From Shigella phage SP18: a DNA stretch of 64,000 nt. The stretch lies in the sequence record GQ981382. One strand, given 5' to 3'. The notes beneath the pieces are model-generated. The model had not been told where the DNA came from. It ran no database searches and worked only from the letters and a program-made list of their open reading frames with translations. The position numbers and the translations under genes were made by a program. Below, one piece after another: positions 50,560-61,178 of this stretch (positions are counted from its first letter, which is position 1; the number at the start of each line of letters is the position of its first letter).

Positions 50560-53500
50560 ATGGCTACTTTAAAATCGATACAATTTAAAAGAAGTAAAAC
50601 ACCAGGAGCCAAGCCTACTGCAGCTCAGTTAGATGAAGGCGAACTGGCTATTAACTTGCGTGACCGCACTATTTTTACTAAATCCGACCAGGGACAGATT
50701 ATTGATTTGGGCTTTGCAAAAGGCGGAACTATTGATGGAGATGTTCTTCAAAACGGGACATTTAACCTTAACGGTAACCAATTTGTTTATGCCGGTAAAT
50801 ATATTGAATTTTTACCTAAGACCACCGGTAATGGCGCATGGGCAAACCAGCATCTGAATAAAGCACCTATCTTTACGGATTTGAGTTCAACTACCTCAGT
50901 ATCAGAATACCACCCTTTGATTAAGCAACGTTATAAAGATGGTACTTTTTCAGTAGGTACATTAGTAAGCGAAGGCTCATTTAGAGTTCATTATATTGAT
51001 TCTACAGCTCCAGACAATTCTAAACACTGGGTCTTTAACCGTAACGGTAATTTTATTGTAGATTCTGGCAATATTGAGGTCCGCACAGGTAATATTTCTG
51101 CGTCAGGCAATATTAACTCCGCTAATGGTATAGTTTCTGCTCCACAAGTTATTACTAAAAATATTATTCTTGATTCGAAAAATTTCGGACAATACGACAG
51201 TCAATCTTTAGTTAACTACGTATACCCAGGCACAGGCGAAACGAATGGTGTAAACTATCTTCGTAAAGTTCGCGCCAAATCCGGCGGCACTATGTGGCAT
51301 GAGCTTTGCACTGCCCAGACAGGTCAAGCTGATGAATTGTCTTGGTGGACAGGTAATACTCCAACATCTAAACAATATGGCATTCGTAATGATGGACGAA
51401 TGGCAGGCCGTAATAGCCTTGCATTAGGTACATTCACTACAGATTTCCCGTCTAGTGATTATGGCAACTTCGGTATAATGGGCGATAAGTATCTTGTTCT
51501 CGGTGACACTGTAACTGGTCTGAAATATATTAAACAAGGTGTTTATGATTTAGTTGGTGGAGGTTATTCAGTTGCTTCCATTACTCCTGATAGTTTCCGT
51601 AGTACTCGTAAAGGTTTATTTGGTCGTTCAGAAGACCAAGGCGAAACATGGATTATGCCTGGAACCAACAAGGCGCTTTTATCGGTTCAAACACAAGCTG
51701 ATAATAACGCTGCTGGCGACGGCCAGACACATATTGGCTATAACTCAGGCGGAAAAATGAACCACTATTTCCGTGGTAAAGGCAAAACTAATATTAATAC
51801 TCAAAAAGGCATGGAAGTTAATCCGGGTATTTTGAAATTGGTAACTGGCTCTGATAATCTACAATTTTATGCTAACGGAACTATTTCTTCTATTCAACCT
51901 ATTAAATTGGATAATGAGATATTTTTAACTACCTCTAATAATACTGCAGGCCTTAAATTTGGCGCCCCTAGCGGAGTTAATGAAACAAGAGCTATCCAGT
52001 GGAACGGTGGTACTCGTGAAGGACAGAATAAAAACTATGTGATTGTTAAAGCATGGGGTAACTCATTTAATGCCGCCGGTGATAAATCTCGCGAAACGGT
52101 TTTCCAAGTATCAGATGGTCAAGGATATTATTTTTATGCCCATCGTAAAGCTCCAACCGGCGACGAAACTATTGGACGCATTGAAGCTCAGTTTGCTGGA
52201 GCTCTTAATGCTAAAAGTATTAATGCCATCGAAAATTTTAAAGTTAATGGATTAAGCACTTTAGTCGGCGGAGTTACAATGAGCAATGGACTTAATTTAA
52301 CTGGCGGTGCTAATATCAGCGGGCCAGTTAAAATCGGCGGCGTCACCAATGCATTAAGAATTTGGGACTCTCGCTATGGCGCCATTTTCCGTCGCTCAGA
52401 AACATCATTACATATTATCCCAACTAATGAAAATGAAGGGGAAAACGGTGCAATAAGCAACCTTCGTCCGTTTAGTATTGAGTTAGGCACCGGTACGGTT
52501 ATAATGGGGGATAAATCTACGGGCGGACCGCTTTTCACGGTCGACAACGTAAGTAAATTCGTCCAGACGGACTGTAGATTCCGTGTTAACATGGATTCTG
52601 ATGGTATTGTTGTTAACGCCTCATCTCAAGCGGCATCTAACTTTATTCAAGGTCGTAAGGCTGATGTGACTAAATGGTATTTGGGTATTGGCGATGGCGG
52701 CAACGTCGTTCGTATGCACAACTACACATATTCTCACGGTATTGCGTTAAACTCTGATACTGTCGATATTACTAAGCCTCTTAAAGTTGGAAATGCCCAA
52801 CTAGGAACTGACGGTAATATTACAGGTGGTAGTGGTAATTTCGGTAATTTAAATACTACCATCGAGAATATGAAAGCCGATATTGTTACCAGTTACCCAG
52901 TCGGTGCCCCAATTCCATGGCCAAGTGATTCAGTTCCTGACGGATTTGCTTTAATGGAAGGCCAGACTTTTGACACAGGTGCTTATCCTAAGCTCGCTAT
53001 CGCATATCCTACCGGTACTATTCCTGATATGCGTGGACAAACTATCAAGGGTACACCTAGTGGACGGGCCGTGTTAAGCGCAGAAGCAGATGGTGTTAAG
53101 TCTCATAACCACTCCGCATCGGCATCAACTACTGCTTTGACAGGCACAACCAATGGTACGGACTTGGGTACAAAAACTGTCAGCACTGTTGATATAGGGC
53201 GTAAGTATACTAATAACGCAGGAGCGCATACTCACACGTTCTCAGGAACAACTAGTACGAACGGCGACCATAACCACCCAGCTTCACTTGGTAACAACGC
53301 CAACGTTCAATCAGGTCGTTTTGCAGCATCTAACTCAGGTCAGTCTGCTATAGCATATACCAACAACGCTGGTAACCACAGTCACACGTTCTCAGGAACT
53401 ACGTCTGCAGGCCCAGAGCACAGTCACTACGTTGATATAGGTAGTCATAACCACACCGTAGCAATAGGTTCACATAGCCATACGTTCTCTATTGCGGCTC

Positions 53501-53589
53501 ACGGTCATACCATCACCGTAAATAACACCGGTAATACAGAAAACACAGTTAAAAACATTGCTTTTAACTATATTGTTCGTTTAGCTTAA
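50560..53589 (+). CDS. 37: long tail fibre distal subunit gp37 (receptor-binding), T4-type with C-terminal His-box repeats
   Basis: 1009 aa; C-terminal HxH repeats ([42 protein letters not shown]) typical of the T4 gp37 needle/tip. Confidence 0.92.
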   Translation: MATLKSIQFKRSKTPGAKPTAAQLDEGELAINLRDRTIFTKSDQGQIIDLGFAKGGTIDGDVLQNGTFNLNGNQFVYAGKYIEFLPKTTGNGAWANQHLNKAPIFTDLSSTTSVSEYHPLIKQRYKDGTFSVGTLVSEGSFRVHYIDSTAPDNSKHWVFNRNGNFIVDSGNIEVRTGNISASGNINSANGIVSAPQVITKNIILDSKNFGQYDSQSLVNYVYPGTGETNGVNYLRKVRAKSGGTMWHELCTAQTGQADELSWWTGNTPTSKQYGIRNDGRMAGRNSLALGTFTTDFPSSDYGNFGIMGDKYLVLGDTVTGLKYIKQGVYDLVGGGYSVASITPDSFRSTRKGLFGRSEDQGETWIMPGTNKALLSVQTQADNNAAGDGQTHIGYNSGGKMNHYFRGKGKTNINTQKGMEVNPGILKLVTGSDNLQFYANGTISSIQPIKLDNEIFLTTSNNTAGLKFGAPSGVNETRAIQWNGGTREGQNKNYVIVKAWGNSFNAAGDKSRETVFQVSDGQGYYFYAHRKAPTGDETIGRIEAQFAGALNAKSINAIENFKVNGLSTLVGGVTMSNGLNLTGGANISGPVKIGGVTNALRIWDSRYGAIFRRSETSLHIIPTNENEGENGAISNLRPFSIELGTGTVIMGDKSTGGPLFTVDNVSKFVQTDCRFRVNMDSDGIVVNASSQAASNFIQGRKADVTKWYLGIGDGGNVVRMHNYTYSHGIALNSDTVDITKPLKVGNAQLGTDGNITGGSGNFGNLNTTIENMKADIVTSYPVGAPIPWPSDSVPDGFALMEGQTFDTGAYPKLAIAYPTGTIPDMRGQTIKGTPSGRAVLSAEADGVKSHNHSASASTTALTGTTNGTDLGTKTVSTVDIGRKYTNNAGAHTHTFSGTTSTNGDHNHPASLGNNANVQSGRFAASNSGQSAIAYTNNAGNHSHTFSGTTSAGPEHSHYVDIGSHNHTVAIGSHSHTFSIAAHGHTITVNNTGNTENTVKNIAFNYIVRLA

Positions 53590-53591
53590 GG

Positions 53592-53613
53592 AGAGGGACT
53601 TCGGTCCCTTTTA
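53592..53613 (+). terminator. hairpin (AGGGACTTCGGTCCCT) between genes 37 and 38; likely partial terminator or attenuator
   Basis: Perfect stem with TTCG loop and a short T-run, directly before the gp38 ATG. Confidence 0.5.
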
Positions 53614-53616
53614 AAT

Positions 53617-54162
53617 ATGAAAATTTATCACTTTTATTTTGATACTAAAGAATTTTACAAAGAAGAAGATTATAAACCTATTAAGGGTTTAGGTCTCCCG
53701 GCCCATTCCACAGCTAAAAAACCTTTAGAACCTAAAGAAGGATACGCAGTAGTTTTTGATGAAAGAATTCAAGATTGGATTTATGAAGAAGACCACCGTG
53801 GTAAAGACGTTTGGACTTATAATAAAGAACATCTTATTATAAATTCTATTGGAAGTTTACATGGGGTCACATTTGACGAGCCTGGCGAATTTGATATATG
53901 GACTGATAACGGTTGGAAAGAAGACGAGGCTTATAAACGAGTAACCATTCGAAATAAGAAAATAGCCTTACTACATAAAGAATTCCAGGTATTAAGTAAT
54001 ATGGTTGAAGCCTCTGTTGCTGATAAGAAAGAAAAATTCTATCACCAGAATCTTAAACGTTTCTTTGCTCTTTTAGAAAAACACGAACACTTAGGTGGTG
54101 AATTTCCGGCTTGGCCAGAGAAAGAGAAAAAATCCTTTTTCAAAAGATTGTTTAAAAAATAA
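53617..54162 (+). CDS. 38: gp38 tail-fibre assembly chaperone (T4 type)
   Basis: 181 aa; MKIYH.YFDTKEFYKEE.YKP.KGLGLPAHST.KKPLEPKEGYAVVFDER.QDWIYEEDHRGK matches T4 gp38. Confidence 0.9.
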   Translation: MKIYHFYFDTKEFYKEEDYKPIKGLGLPAHSTAKKPLEPKEGYAVVFDERIQDWIYEEDHRGKDVWTYNKEHLIINSIGSLHGVTFDEPGEFDIWTDNGWKEDEAYKRVTIRNKKIALLHKEFQVLSNMVEASVADKKEKFYHQNLKRFFALLEKHEHLGGEFPAWPEKEKKSFFKRLFKK

Positions 54163-54176
54163 TAGTGCAAAGGCAT

Positions 54177-54184
54177 TATAAATA
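54177..54184 (+). promoter_or_regulatory. late promoter TATAAATA upstream of holin gene t
   Basis: ggcatTATAAATAtctttaAAGGAGAaaagtATG. Confidence 0.65.
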
Positions 54185-54202
54185 TCTTTAAAGGAGAAAA
54201 GT

Positions 54203-54856
54203 ATGGAACCAAAAGTAGGATTTTCATTATCAGACCTACTTTTTGGACTTCTTGATAGAATTTTTAAAGATAATGCGACCGGGAAAGTTGTTTTTTCCCG
54301 GGTACTAGTTATTGTTCTATTATTTTTAATGGCGGTAATCTGGTATAAAGGTGATGCAATTTTAGATGCGTATAGGGATGCTTCATACGCCTCGTACACA
54401 GAAATGATAAGGCAAGACCAGGATAACAGATTTAAAATTGCAGCTATCGAGCAAATCCAGATAGTCCACTCGTCAAGCGGAGCAGACTTTACAGCGATAT
54501 ATTCCTTTAGGCCAACTAACCTTAACTACTTTGTGGATATGGTGGGGTATGAGGGGATATTACCTGAATCAGTTGATGAAAAAAATTTGGGCGGGTTTCC
54601 AATAGATAAGACTTCAGCAGAATATTTGGCGGGAGTTAATGGTAATTATTTTGAATCCAGTACGGAATCTGTATTCTTACCAACAAAGAAAAAAAGCAGC
54701 TTCGCATATATGTTCAGCTGCCCATTCTTTAATTTGGAAAACGTTTATGCAGGCACAGTCTCGCTGTACTGGTATAAGCAAAAACCTAACCTTGGTTTTG
54801 ATAGGCTTTCTGCTATGTGTGGACAAGCAGGTCGTACGCTCGGGCGTACACGTTAG
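54203..54856 (+). CDS. t: holin T
   Basis: 217 aa; single N-terminal TMD; FKDNATGKV, YSFRP.NLNYFVD, SCP.FNL.N.YAGT...YWY colinear with T4 T. Confidence 0.92.
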   Translation: MEPKVGFSLSDLLFGLLDRIFKDNATGKVVFSRVLVIVLLFLMAVIWYKGDAILDAYRDASYASYTEMIRQDQDNRFKIAAIEQIQIVHSSSGADFTAIYSFRPTNLNYFVDMVGYEGILPESVDEKNLGGFPIDKTSAEYLAGVNGNYFESSTESVFLPTKKKSSFAYMFSCPFFNLENVYAGTVSLYWYKQKPNLGFDRLSAMCGQAGRTLGRTR

Positions 54857-55128
54857 AATCCGGAGGTATACATCATAAGATAACGGTGTATATCTTCGAA
54901 TCCTTCGTTAAATTGTTCAATGATTTGTTCAATTTCATCTTCAGATAAACTTTTAAACAACTTGTTAAACGATACATTGTTTAACTCATTACCATTCTCA
55001 TTCCTCAATCCCAACTCATTCAAAAACGCGATAAACACATCACGCTTCATTGTAATATCTTCCCGGTCGGTTTTAATCAAAATTGAAGTTACAGTAACAA
55101 TTTCAGAAACGATTTCAAATTTAGTCAT
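54853..55128 (-). CDS. asiA: anti-sigma70 factor AsiA
   Basis: 91 aa; VTSILIK..REDI...R..FIAFLNE.G....G..LN..SF.K......E........FNEGFE...RYL.MYT matches T4 AsiA. Confidence 0.88.
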   Translation of the reverse strand: MTKFEIVSEIVTVTSILIKTDREDITMKRDVFIAFLNELGLRNENGNELNNVSFNKLFKSLSEDEIEQIIEQFNEGFEDIHRYLMMYTSGF

Positions 55129-55186
55129 TTTAATTTACTCAAGTATTCAATAAGACATTCAATTATTCAGTAAGGATATTATACTA

Positions 55187-55351
55187 TTATTCCTCTGGGT
55201 TGCACACATGATTTTCCATCTGTACAACATATTCCTGATACATCTGTTCAACTGGTTCCTGGAACTTAAAATCAGCTCCAAGGAATTCCTCAAAGCAAGT
55301 CTGTTCGCGTGTACGCTGACCAGTGATGGTGTTCTCTAAGTTATGACTCAT
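55187..55351 (-). CDS. small hypothetical protein (~54 aa)
   Basis: Hand-translated; AAGGGGA Shine-Dalgarno; coordinates approximate. Confidence 0.35.
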   Translation of the reverse strand: MSHNLENTITGQRTREQTCFEEFLGADFKFQEPVEQMYQEYVVQMENHVCNPEE

Positions 55352-55440
55352 AGTGATTCCCCTTGTGTTTCTGCTTGCGTTTGGACTGCATTTCAGTTTT
55401 CTTCTTGTCCTTATGGACAGACGCCTTATTGAAATCGTGT

Positions 55441-55719
55441 TTAGCTACCAGGTTGTTCATGCAATTTCCTTAATTGGTATTCAAGAGAGCTAATAATTTC
55501 TTTATTAGTCGCAATATACATATCACGCAGGAAGGGCTTCAGGCCTTCTCTAACTCTATATGTGTTATCACTAATATCCTTTATATATTCATGGTCTAGG
55601 GCATCCCAACCTGGCTGGTTAACATAAGTTCCCCAGTTGTCTTCCATCATGGTATTCAGATGTTTGATATGATTAATATGGTTTTCAATCGCATCAATTT
55701 GGAGTTGTTTAAGGTTCAT
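55441..55719 (-). CDS. hypothetical protein; Arn-like by position and size only
   Basis: 92 aa ORF immediately upstream of asiA, where T4 has arn (also 92 aa); no sequence-level confirmation. Confidence 0.4.
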   Translation of the reverse strand: MNLKQLQIDAIENHINHIKHLNTMMEDNWGTYVNQPGWDALDHEYIKDISDNTYRVREGLKPFLRDMYIATNKEIISSLEYQLRKLHEQPGS

Positions 55720-56207
55720 TAGTAAAGGTCCTCTGAATAAAGTTCTTTCTCACTGCCACCACGTTCAATGCGCACCTGATTTGCATAAGTCGCAATAATC
55801 ATTGCTTCTTCGCGGGTCCAGTAATTGCTGTATTGGTCAATAAATCCTTGGTCGTCACCACAAACATGGTCTGACACGAGTTTATCACTTACCTGGTCAA
55901 GCACTTCTGCCATATCCTTGGAATAATGTCTGGCGCCGGGAATAACCAGAGTCCCACCATCTTTTAACTTAAAGCGGTTGGCAGCACACACAATCCGTCG
56001 CTGATATTTTTCATTGTTGTTCCAATGAGCAATCTGCCAACAGATTTCCGGGACTTCTTCTAAAACATCCTCTTCTGTATATTCGGTGTAATCACCATAT
56101 GCCTGTAGTTTAGCAGCGAGGCTTTCGGGAGTCTCACGCGAAAGAGCTTTATCTAATAAAGCCATACGGTCTTTAAAGGATAATTCTTTACCTTTTAATG
56201 GATTCAT
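55719..56207 (-). CDS. hypothetical protein
   Basis: 162 aa ORF; overlapping stop/start with neighbours. Confidence 0.55.
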   Translation of the reverse strand: MNPLKGKELSFKDRMALLDKALSRETPESLAAKLQAYGDYTEYTEEDVLEEVPEICWQIAHWNNNEKYQRRIVCAANRFKLKDGGTLVIPGARHYSKDMAEVLDQVSDKLVSDHVCGDDQGFIDQYSNYWTREEAMIIATYANQVRIERGGSEKELYSEDLY

Positions 56208-56551
56208 TTGATAATCACCTTATAACCATTATATTTCACGAATTCATGAATTTTATCACCAATACCAATCAACTCGCCTTTGTCAGAAGAAGTCAATTTG
56301 ATATCAACTGTTTGGCATACACCATACGAAGTTATGGATACTTTTTCTATAGTAATAAGCTCAAGAAATCGCAATAGCTGCATACCAAACTCAAGAGGAA
56401 CATTATCAATCTGGAGATGAAGGTTATAAATTACCTTAATACCATTCACCAAGGCACAGCGCTCATCCCAAGCGTTACGTTGCTCTTCAATCAATTTAAG
56501 GGAATGGCCTTCACCATCCCAGTTTAGTTCCATAGGAATCATTTGAACCAA
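56204..56551 (-). CDS. hypothetical protein
   Basis: 115 aa ORF. Confidence 0.5.
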   Translation of the reverse strand: MVQMIPMELNWDGEGHSLKLIEEQRNAWDERCALVNGIKVIYNLHLQIDNVPLEFGMQLLRFLELITIEKVSITSYGVCQTVDIKLTSSDKGELIGIGDKIHEFVKYNGYKVIIK

Positions 56552-56871
56552 CCTTTAACACGTTGCCACAGACTTTTCTGTTGAGCTTTATTAACACCAA
56601 TTGAGCGAATAACTGGTTGTGATTCCTGGTATTCTTTATAGTCAGCTTTATATACTTCATATGCTGCTGGAACAAAGGCACCAATCGCTGCCATGAAGTT
56701 CTTGCGTGCACCAAACGGAGCTACTGCATCATCCTGACGATGGATAAGATACTGACCAGCTTTGACCTTGACAATAGTTCCAAGGTAAGCGCCATGATAC
56801 CAAACATCCCAACCCTCTTGAGTAGGTTCTACACAAGCGCGCAATTCATTAACAATATTCAGCTTATTCAT
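56539..56871 (-). CDS. hypothetical protein
   Basis: 110 aa ORF. Confidence 0.5.
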   Translation of the reverse strand: MNKLNIVNELRACVEPTQEGWDVWYHGAYLGTIVKVKAGQYLIHRQDDAVAPFGARKNFMAAIGAFVPAAYEVYKADYKEYQESQPVIRSIGVNKAQQKSLWQRVKGWFK

Positions 56872-56878
56872 AATTTCC

Positions 56879-57487
56879 TCACTTTAAGATGTTAATAACA
56901 TGTTGAATGTTTTCAGTTGACATAACGTTGTCAATGTAGGTATTCAATCCACCTACTTTAACGCTAAATCCCACGTCTGTAAACTGTTTTACTATCTTTT
57001 GTTCAGTATTATACGCATGCACGCGAATCTGACCATCGCGACGAACATCAATCTGTTTTAATGTCTTGACACGCTTGAACTTCACAATCAGATTGCTGCG
57101 GTCTTCTGAAATGCTCTTAAAGTCAATACCAATAGACAACAATTGCTCTTTGATATATTCTGCAGTCGCTTCCATTTCATCAGTCACACCGCGTTTTGTT
57201 CTTGTCTTCTTCACTTCCAGAAGGTCAGGATTATTTTCATTCGCCCAAAGTTCAGCTGCATCCAGAATAAGGTCAACACCCTTTTCTGTAATCATCAAAC
57301 CATCACCAGAAGCTTCAACATAGTTGTTATTCAACAAGGTCTGCACACTATCAATTGATGTGTTCTGCTGGTCTAAAACAACCTCTGGGCTCACGAAGTT
57401 GTTTTTGTATACAAACACCAGAGCATTGACAACAGTCTCATGCAGCGCGTTCTGGGAGCATTTAACGATATAATTTAACTTGTTCAC
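56879..57487 (-). CDS. motA: middle transcription activator MotA
   Basis: 202 aa; SGDGLMITEKGVDLI and C-terminal QKIVKQFTDVGFSVKV...YIDNVMSTENIQHVINI parallel T4 MotA; located upstream of gene 52 as in T4. Confidence 0.75.
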   Translation of the reverse strand: MNKLNYIVKCSQNALHETVVNALVFVYKNNFVSPEVVLDQQNTSIDSVQTLLNNNYVEASGDGLMITEKGVDLILDAAELWANENNPDLLEVKKTRTKRGVTDEMEATAEYIKEQLLSIGIDFKSISEDRSNLIVKFKRVKTLKQIDVRRDGQIRVHAYNTEQKIVKQFTDVGFSVKVGGLNTYIDNVMSTENIQHVINILK

Positions 57488-57489
57488 AA

Positions 57490-57717
57490 TTATCCCTTAA
57501 TAGATTTCATATAATTTGATGCATACGATTGTACCACAGTACGTTTCATATGGGAAGTAGAAACAATCACATCAATCGCTTGTTTACGTTCTTCTTTGGA
57601 GTTTGCCAGTTTGAACATGTCAAAGTAGTAATAGCAAGCTTCTTTGTTAGATTTGAATTTAGCGTTGATGTATTCTTGACCTTCATTCTGTTGTGCAGTA
57701 AACATTTTATTCTCCAA
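57490..57717 (-). CDS. hypothetical protein (motA.1-like)
   Basis: 75 aa ORF; GGAGAATAAAATG start context; downstream of an early promoter cassette. Confidence 0.5.
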   Translation of the reverse strand: MENKMFTAQQNEGQEYINAKFKSNKEACYYYFDMFKLANSKEERKQAIDVIVSTSHMKRTVVQSYASNYMKSIKG

Positions 57718-57754
57718 AGTTTTTGTGATTCATTGTGTAACTCAGTATGGAATC

Positions 57755-57783
57755 ATTATGCAGCGGGTCAAGGGGATTGTACA
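57755..57783 (-). promoter_or_regulatory. early sigma70-type promoter (TGTACA, 17 bp, CATAAT) with leader CCATACTGAGTTACAC
   Basis: 30-mer identical to the copy at 23863-23892. Confidence 0.6.
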
Positions 57784-57797
57784 CTACTTTTTTAAAA

Positions 57798-57826
57798 TAA
57801 AAAAAAAAGGACCCCGAAGGGTCCTA
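57798..57826 (-). terminator. terminator hairpin (AGGACCCTTCGGGGTCCT) plus T10
   Basis: Strong GC stem followed by a 10 nt T-run on the minus strand. Confidence 0.8.
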
Positions 57827-57922
57827 GTCTTTATCTATCTTATTACCAATAAACATACCAACAATCACACCTGCGATTGCCGCAAAAATACAAAGCAATG
57901 CAAACTCAACTCCAAAACTCAT
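57824..57922 (-). CDS. small hydrophobic membrane peptide (~32 aa, 52.1-like)
   Basis: ATG overlaps the gp52 TGA (ATGA); single predicted TMD; hand-translated. Confidence 0.45.
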   Translation of the reverse strand: MSFGVEFALLCIFAAIAGVIVGMFIGNKIDKD

Positions 57923-59250
57923 AGAGCCTCCAAATCATTAAGGTATTCAGTTTTAACATCAGTTGTCTTCCAGTATTCATGCTCAGCTTTCTTAGCCTTT
58001 GCTTCGTCTGCAAGCTTCTTGGCTTCATCAGAGGTCATATGGTAGATGTTCATCGCCACCAACTTCTCTGCATAATCGCCATATATTTCACTCGCCTGGA
58101 GTTCCTCAATCAACTTCTTACGAGGTTTCCCCTGGATAACAACCTTACCGTCAATCACTTCTTTAATAAAGAAGACTTTTGCTCGGGCCAGTTTAAATGC
58201 TGCTTCAGTTTCTTTAATCTTACTGTCAATTCGCACTTGAACATAAGTCTTACGGACATCAACGAAATCGCGAATCAGGTCAAGCGTGTTGGTGTATTCA
58301 GCCAGTTTGCCTTTGTGATTAAGCACCGTTAAGTTCTGGGAGAGCTTCTCAATCAGACCAAAGTCTTTCATGATTTTCTCATGATTTTCTTCTTCGGTAC
58401 CATCCAGCTTGTATTCTTTGCGGAATTTAATCTTAAACCCAAAACCATGCTCGCCGCAGTTATCTTTCCAGGTGATAAAACCTTTCTCTTCCAGCGGGTC
58501 CAGGATTTTACTTGTATACTTTTCCAGGTTCCATTGGACCGGGATTTCAGTAATTTCCATTTGGGTCCTGGAAGTCATTTTGTACGTGCCATGAAGCTCA
58601 TACTTACCAGGCTCTTCCAGCTCAACCACTTCACCACGGAATTCTGGATATTTTACTTTCGGAGCAACCGGCTCACGACCTTCCACGATAGCTTTAACAG
58701 CTTCCTTGACGTCCTGGAACGAATGAGGAAGAATATCAGTAGCGAAGCCAACAGCAATCCCAGAAGTGGCGTTAAGTAATACAGTAGGAATAACAGGAAG
58801 ATAAAAAGCAGGAGGCTTATGTTCTTCATCAGGATGGACCGGAGCATATTCGGTATCCTTAAACAAGTTATAAAAGTTCTTTGAAACCCTTGCGAATACA
58901 TAACGAGCTGATGATGCTTCTGGCACCATTCTGGAACCAAAGTTGCCTTGCCCATCAAACATGGGGTATTCATTTTTATATGTTGCGACCAGACCAGAAG
59001 TTGCTTCTTCCGCTGATGCTTCACCATGGTGATAACCATAATCAGCTACGCCGCCAGCGATGGATGCAACCTTATGGAATTTATTTTTATCACCGCGTGC
59101 CAGGTCTAATGCTCTCGCCATAACAAATCTGTGAACTGGTTTAAAACCATCAATCATGTTTGGGATGGCACGACCTTCCACAGTGTAGATAGCATATGAC
59201 AATGCTTCCACATCAATAATGTCTTTTAAATCACGTTTATTCAGTTGCAT
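57919..59250 (-). CDS. 52: DNA topoisomerase II medium subunit gp52
   Basis: 443 aa; active-site region AIPNMIDGFKPV.RFV.ARALDLARG and YHHGE colinear with T4 gp52. Confidence 0.94.
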   Translation of the reverse strand: MQLNKRDLKDIIDVEALSYAIYTVEGRAIPNMIDGFKPVHRFVMARALDLARGDKNKFHKVASIAGGVADYGYHHGEASAEEATSGLVATYKNEYPMFDGQGNFGSRMVPEASSARYVFARVSKNFYNLFKDTEYAPVHPDEEHKPPAFYLPVIPTVLLNATSGIAVGFATDILPHSFQDVKEAVKAIVEGREPVAPKVKYPEFRGEVVELEEPGKYELHGTYKMTSRTQMEITEIPVQWNLEKYTSKILDPLEEKGFITWKDNCGEHGFGFKIKFRKEYKLDGTEEENHEKIMKDFGLIEKLSQNLTVLNHKGKLAEYTNTLDLIRDFVDVRKTYVQVRIDSKIKETEAAFKLARAKVFFIKEVIDGKVVIQGKPRKKLIEELQASEIYGDYAEKLVAMNIYHMTSDEAKKLADEAKAKKAEHEYWKTTDVKTEYLNDLEAL

Positions 59251-59254
59251 ATTT

Positions 59255-59557
59255 TTACCATATCAGTGAATGTACTGCCATTATAGCATCAGAAATAAAA
59301 AGCACAACCTGCACTAATGCAAACATAACTCCATAATACAGCGCTACCAATAAGGTAGCAAGGGCTAACGAGTAGCCCAAGATTTTCTTAATCATTTATT
59401 AACCGCTGATTCAAGAAATTTAACTAAGGCATCCAGTACAAACCATATGCAAATAAATCCTGCAAAAAAAGTAACTTGGAACCCATACACCTGTAGCAAA
59501 AAGAGCCACAGCAACGATAACAGCTACGAGCCAGATAAAAGTAAAAACTGATTGCAT
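59255..59557 (-). other. two tandem small hydrophobic ORFs (~46 aa and ~45 aa; ac/stp-like position between gene 52 and ndd)
   Basis: Hand-translated MIKKILGYSLALATLLVALYYG... (about 59255-59395) and MQSVFTFIWLVAVIVAVALFATG... (about 59420-59557, GAGGAAA Shine-Dalgarno); coordinates approximate. Confidence 0.4.
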
Positions 59558-59646
59558 ATTTTCCTCAAGGGCGTCCAAAGACGCCAGTTAATTTCAGATT
59601 ATGACGATGCCATTGCATCACGTGTTCATTATGGAAATTACTCATA

Positions 59647-60096
59647 TTAATAGCTCTGCAGAATGAATTTAAAGTTATCAGCAAGCATGCGATTCATTTC
59701 TGAAAGGGTTTGGCAATCAGAACTATGTGAGCGAGTGAACGCCATCGCAATTTGACCTTTACCATAACCAGTTGTCAGAGGTTTCATTTTAGAAACCGGG
59801 ACAAACAGGACTTCATAGATAACACCATTGTTCGCCATTGTGCGAGACAGTTGTGAACGCTGTTTGCGGATGTGACTTAATACAGTGTCAAACCCTTGTT
59901 GTGAACGTTGGTTACCAACATAAAAACGTGCAGCAACAATACGTGATTCACCTTCACCTTTGACCACGAAATAAAAACCTGGTTGGGTAATAGCTTCTTT
60001 AGTTGGACGGCCCGCAACATAATTACCATTATGGATGTAAGCAACAGTGGTAGCGCCAGCATTCAGTACGTCACGACGGGTCATGTAAGTAGACAT
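59647..60096 (-). CDS. ndd: nucleoid disruption protein Ndd
   Basis: 149 aa; [76 protein letters not shown] matches T4 Ndd. Confidence 0.92.
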   Translation of the reverse strand: MSTYMTRRDVLNAGATTVAYIHNGNYVAGRPTKEAITQPGFYFVVKGEGESRIVAARFYVGNQRSQQGFDTVLSHIRKQRSQLSRTMANNGVIYEVLFVPVSKMKPLTTGYGKGQIAMAFTRSHSSDCQTLSEMNRMLADNFKFILQSY

Positions 60097-60140
60097 ATTA
60101 ATTTCCTCAATAAGTTAAAGTTTTGTGCTCCAGTGGGGTC

Positions 60141-60169
60141 ATTATACTCTGACCCCAAGAGTTTGTACA
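60141..60169 (-). promoter_or_regulatory. early sigma70-type promoter (TGTACA, 17 bp, TATAAT); the -10 lies in the loop of a GGGGTCA/TGACCCC hairpin
   Basis: Same architecture as at 30702 and 60548. Confidence 0.55.
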
Positions 60170-60508
60170 CTATTTTTGAAGTTGTTCTAAAATAAATCCA
60201 GAAGTATAAAGGCTTGCATTATACAGGCGGTCAAGAGACAGTGAATCCAATCCATAAGCTTCACGAATTGCATTAATAACACTTTCATAACTTGTATAAT
60301 AAACATCACCGCGGTCCATAGTCATGCGGAACTTAATAAATTTGTAGAAACCAGTTTCAGGGTCCTGATAGAATGCAAATTCTGCAGACATCAAATTTTT
60401 AAGGTTAACAGCTTTTGTACCACCTGAATAACTTAAATCAAATGCTTCTGATATGCTAATCTGTTTAAAGAACATAATGTTGCGATTACCAAAAAAGATT
60501 TTAGACAT
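60170..60508 (-). CDS. hypothetical protein (ndd.1-like position)
   Basis: 112 aa ORF with GAGGAAA Shine-Dalgarno. Confidence 0.55.
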   Translation of the reverse strand: MSKIFFGNRNIMFFKQISISEAFDLSYSGGTKAVNLKNLMSAEFAFYQDPETGFYKFIKFRMTMDRGDVYYTSYESVINAIREAYGLDSLSLDRLYNASLYTSGFILEQLQK

Positions 60509-60547
60509 AATGATTTCCTCAGTTAAATTTTATTATCCACTGGGAAC

Positions 60548-60576
60548 ATTATACTCTGCTCCCAAGAGTTTGTACA
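60548..60576 (-). promoter_or_regulatory. early sigma70-type promoter (TGTACA, 17 bp, TATAAT), hairpin-embedded variant
   Basis: Near-identical to the cassette at 60141. Confidence 0.55.
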
Positions 60577-60822
60577 CTATTCTACATCAACTGCGTCATC
60601 CCACAAGTCAACTTCTTCTGATGATTCCATCAGTTCATCAACTGTGAAGCACTCAGTATTATTTTCAATTGCAAAACGCTTCTGATAAAAAGGATAATCC
60701 AAACAGTTTTCAGTGCGCACAGGACGTTCACTATTATCCATTAAAGGCGAAATGCGAATCAGTTGTTGACCATTACCCAGGACAAATTTTTCACCAACTA
60801 CAATGTCTTTAAAAAGTTTCAT
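60577..60822 (-). CDS. hypothetical protein
   Basis: 81 aa ORF; ATG overlaps the upstream stop (ATGA); GGAG Shine-Dalgarno. Confidence 0.5.
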   Translation of the reverse strand: MKLFKDIVVGEKFVLGNGQQLIRISPLMDNSERPVRTENCLDYPFYQKRFAIENNTECFTVDELMESSEEVDLWDDAVDVE

Positions 60823-61025
60823 TGCTTAGCTCCATTCCAAATTACATCAACAACAGACTTCAAACCATTATCCTGGATTTGTGTGAATACTTCAGCAGCA
60901 ATCCAGACCTGGAAACCAATCATTGCAATGGCACCAATGAAAATCAGGATAATCATTGCCACAATAAACTTGAACATAAAGTCAAAGCGGCGATTGGATT
61001 TCTGAAAGTGTGAATTGTAATTCAT
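60819..61025 (-). CDS. small membrane protein
   Basis: About 68 aa from the ATG with a GAGGA Shine-Dalgarno; hydrophobic segment FIVAMIILIFIGAIAMIGF. Confidence 0.5.
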   Translation of the reverse strand: MNYNSHFQKSNRRFDFMFKFIVAMIILIFIGAIAMIGFQVWIAAEVFTQIQDNGLKSVVDVIWNGAKQ

Positions 61026-61178
61026 AATATTATCCTCAAAAGAAATAGTTAAAGTAAACACGCACATGGTCAATCATAAAAACAATTGGGAAAATGCTCA
61101 GGACAACAAACAGTACAAACATGTTCCAAATGGCTTTAAGTAACTTTTTCATAATCATCTCCAGTAGTTGATAGGTTC

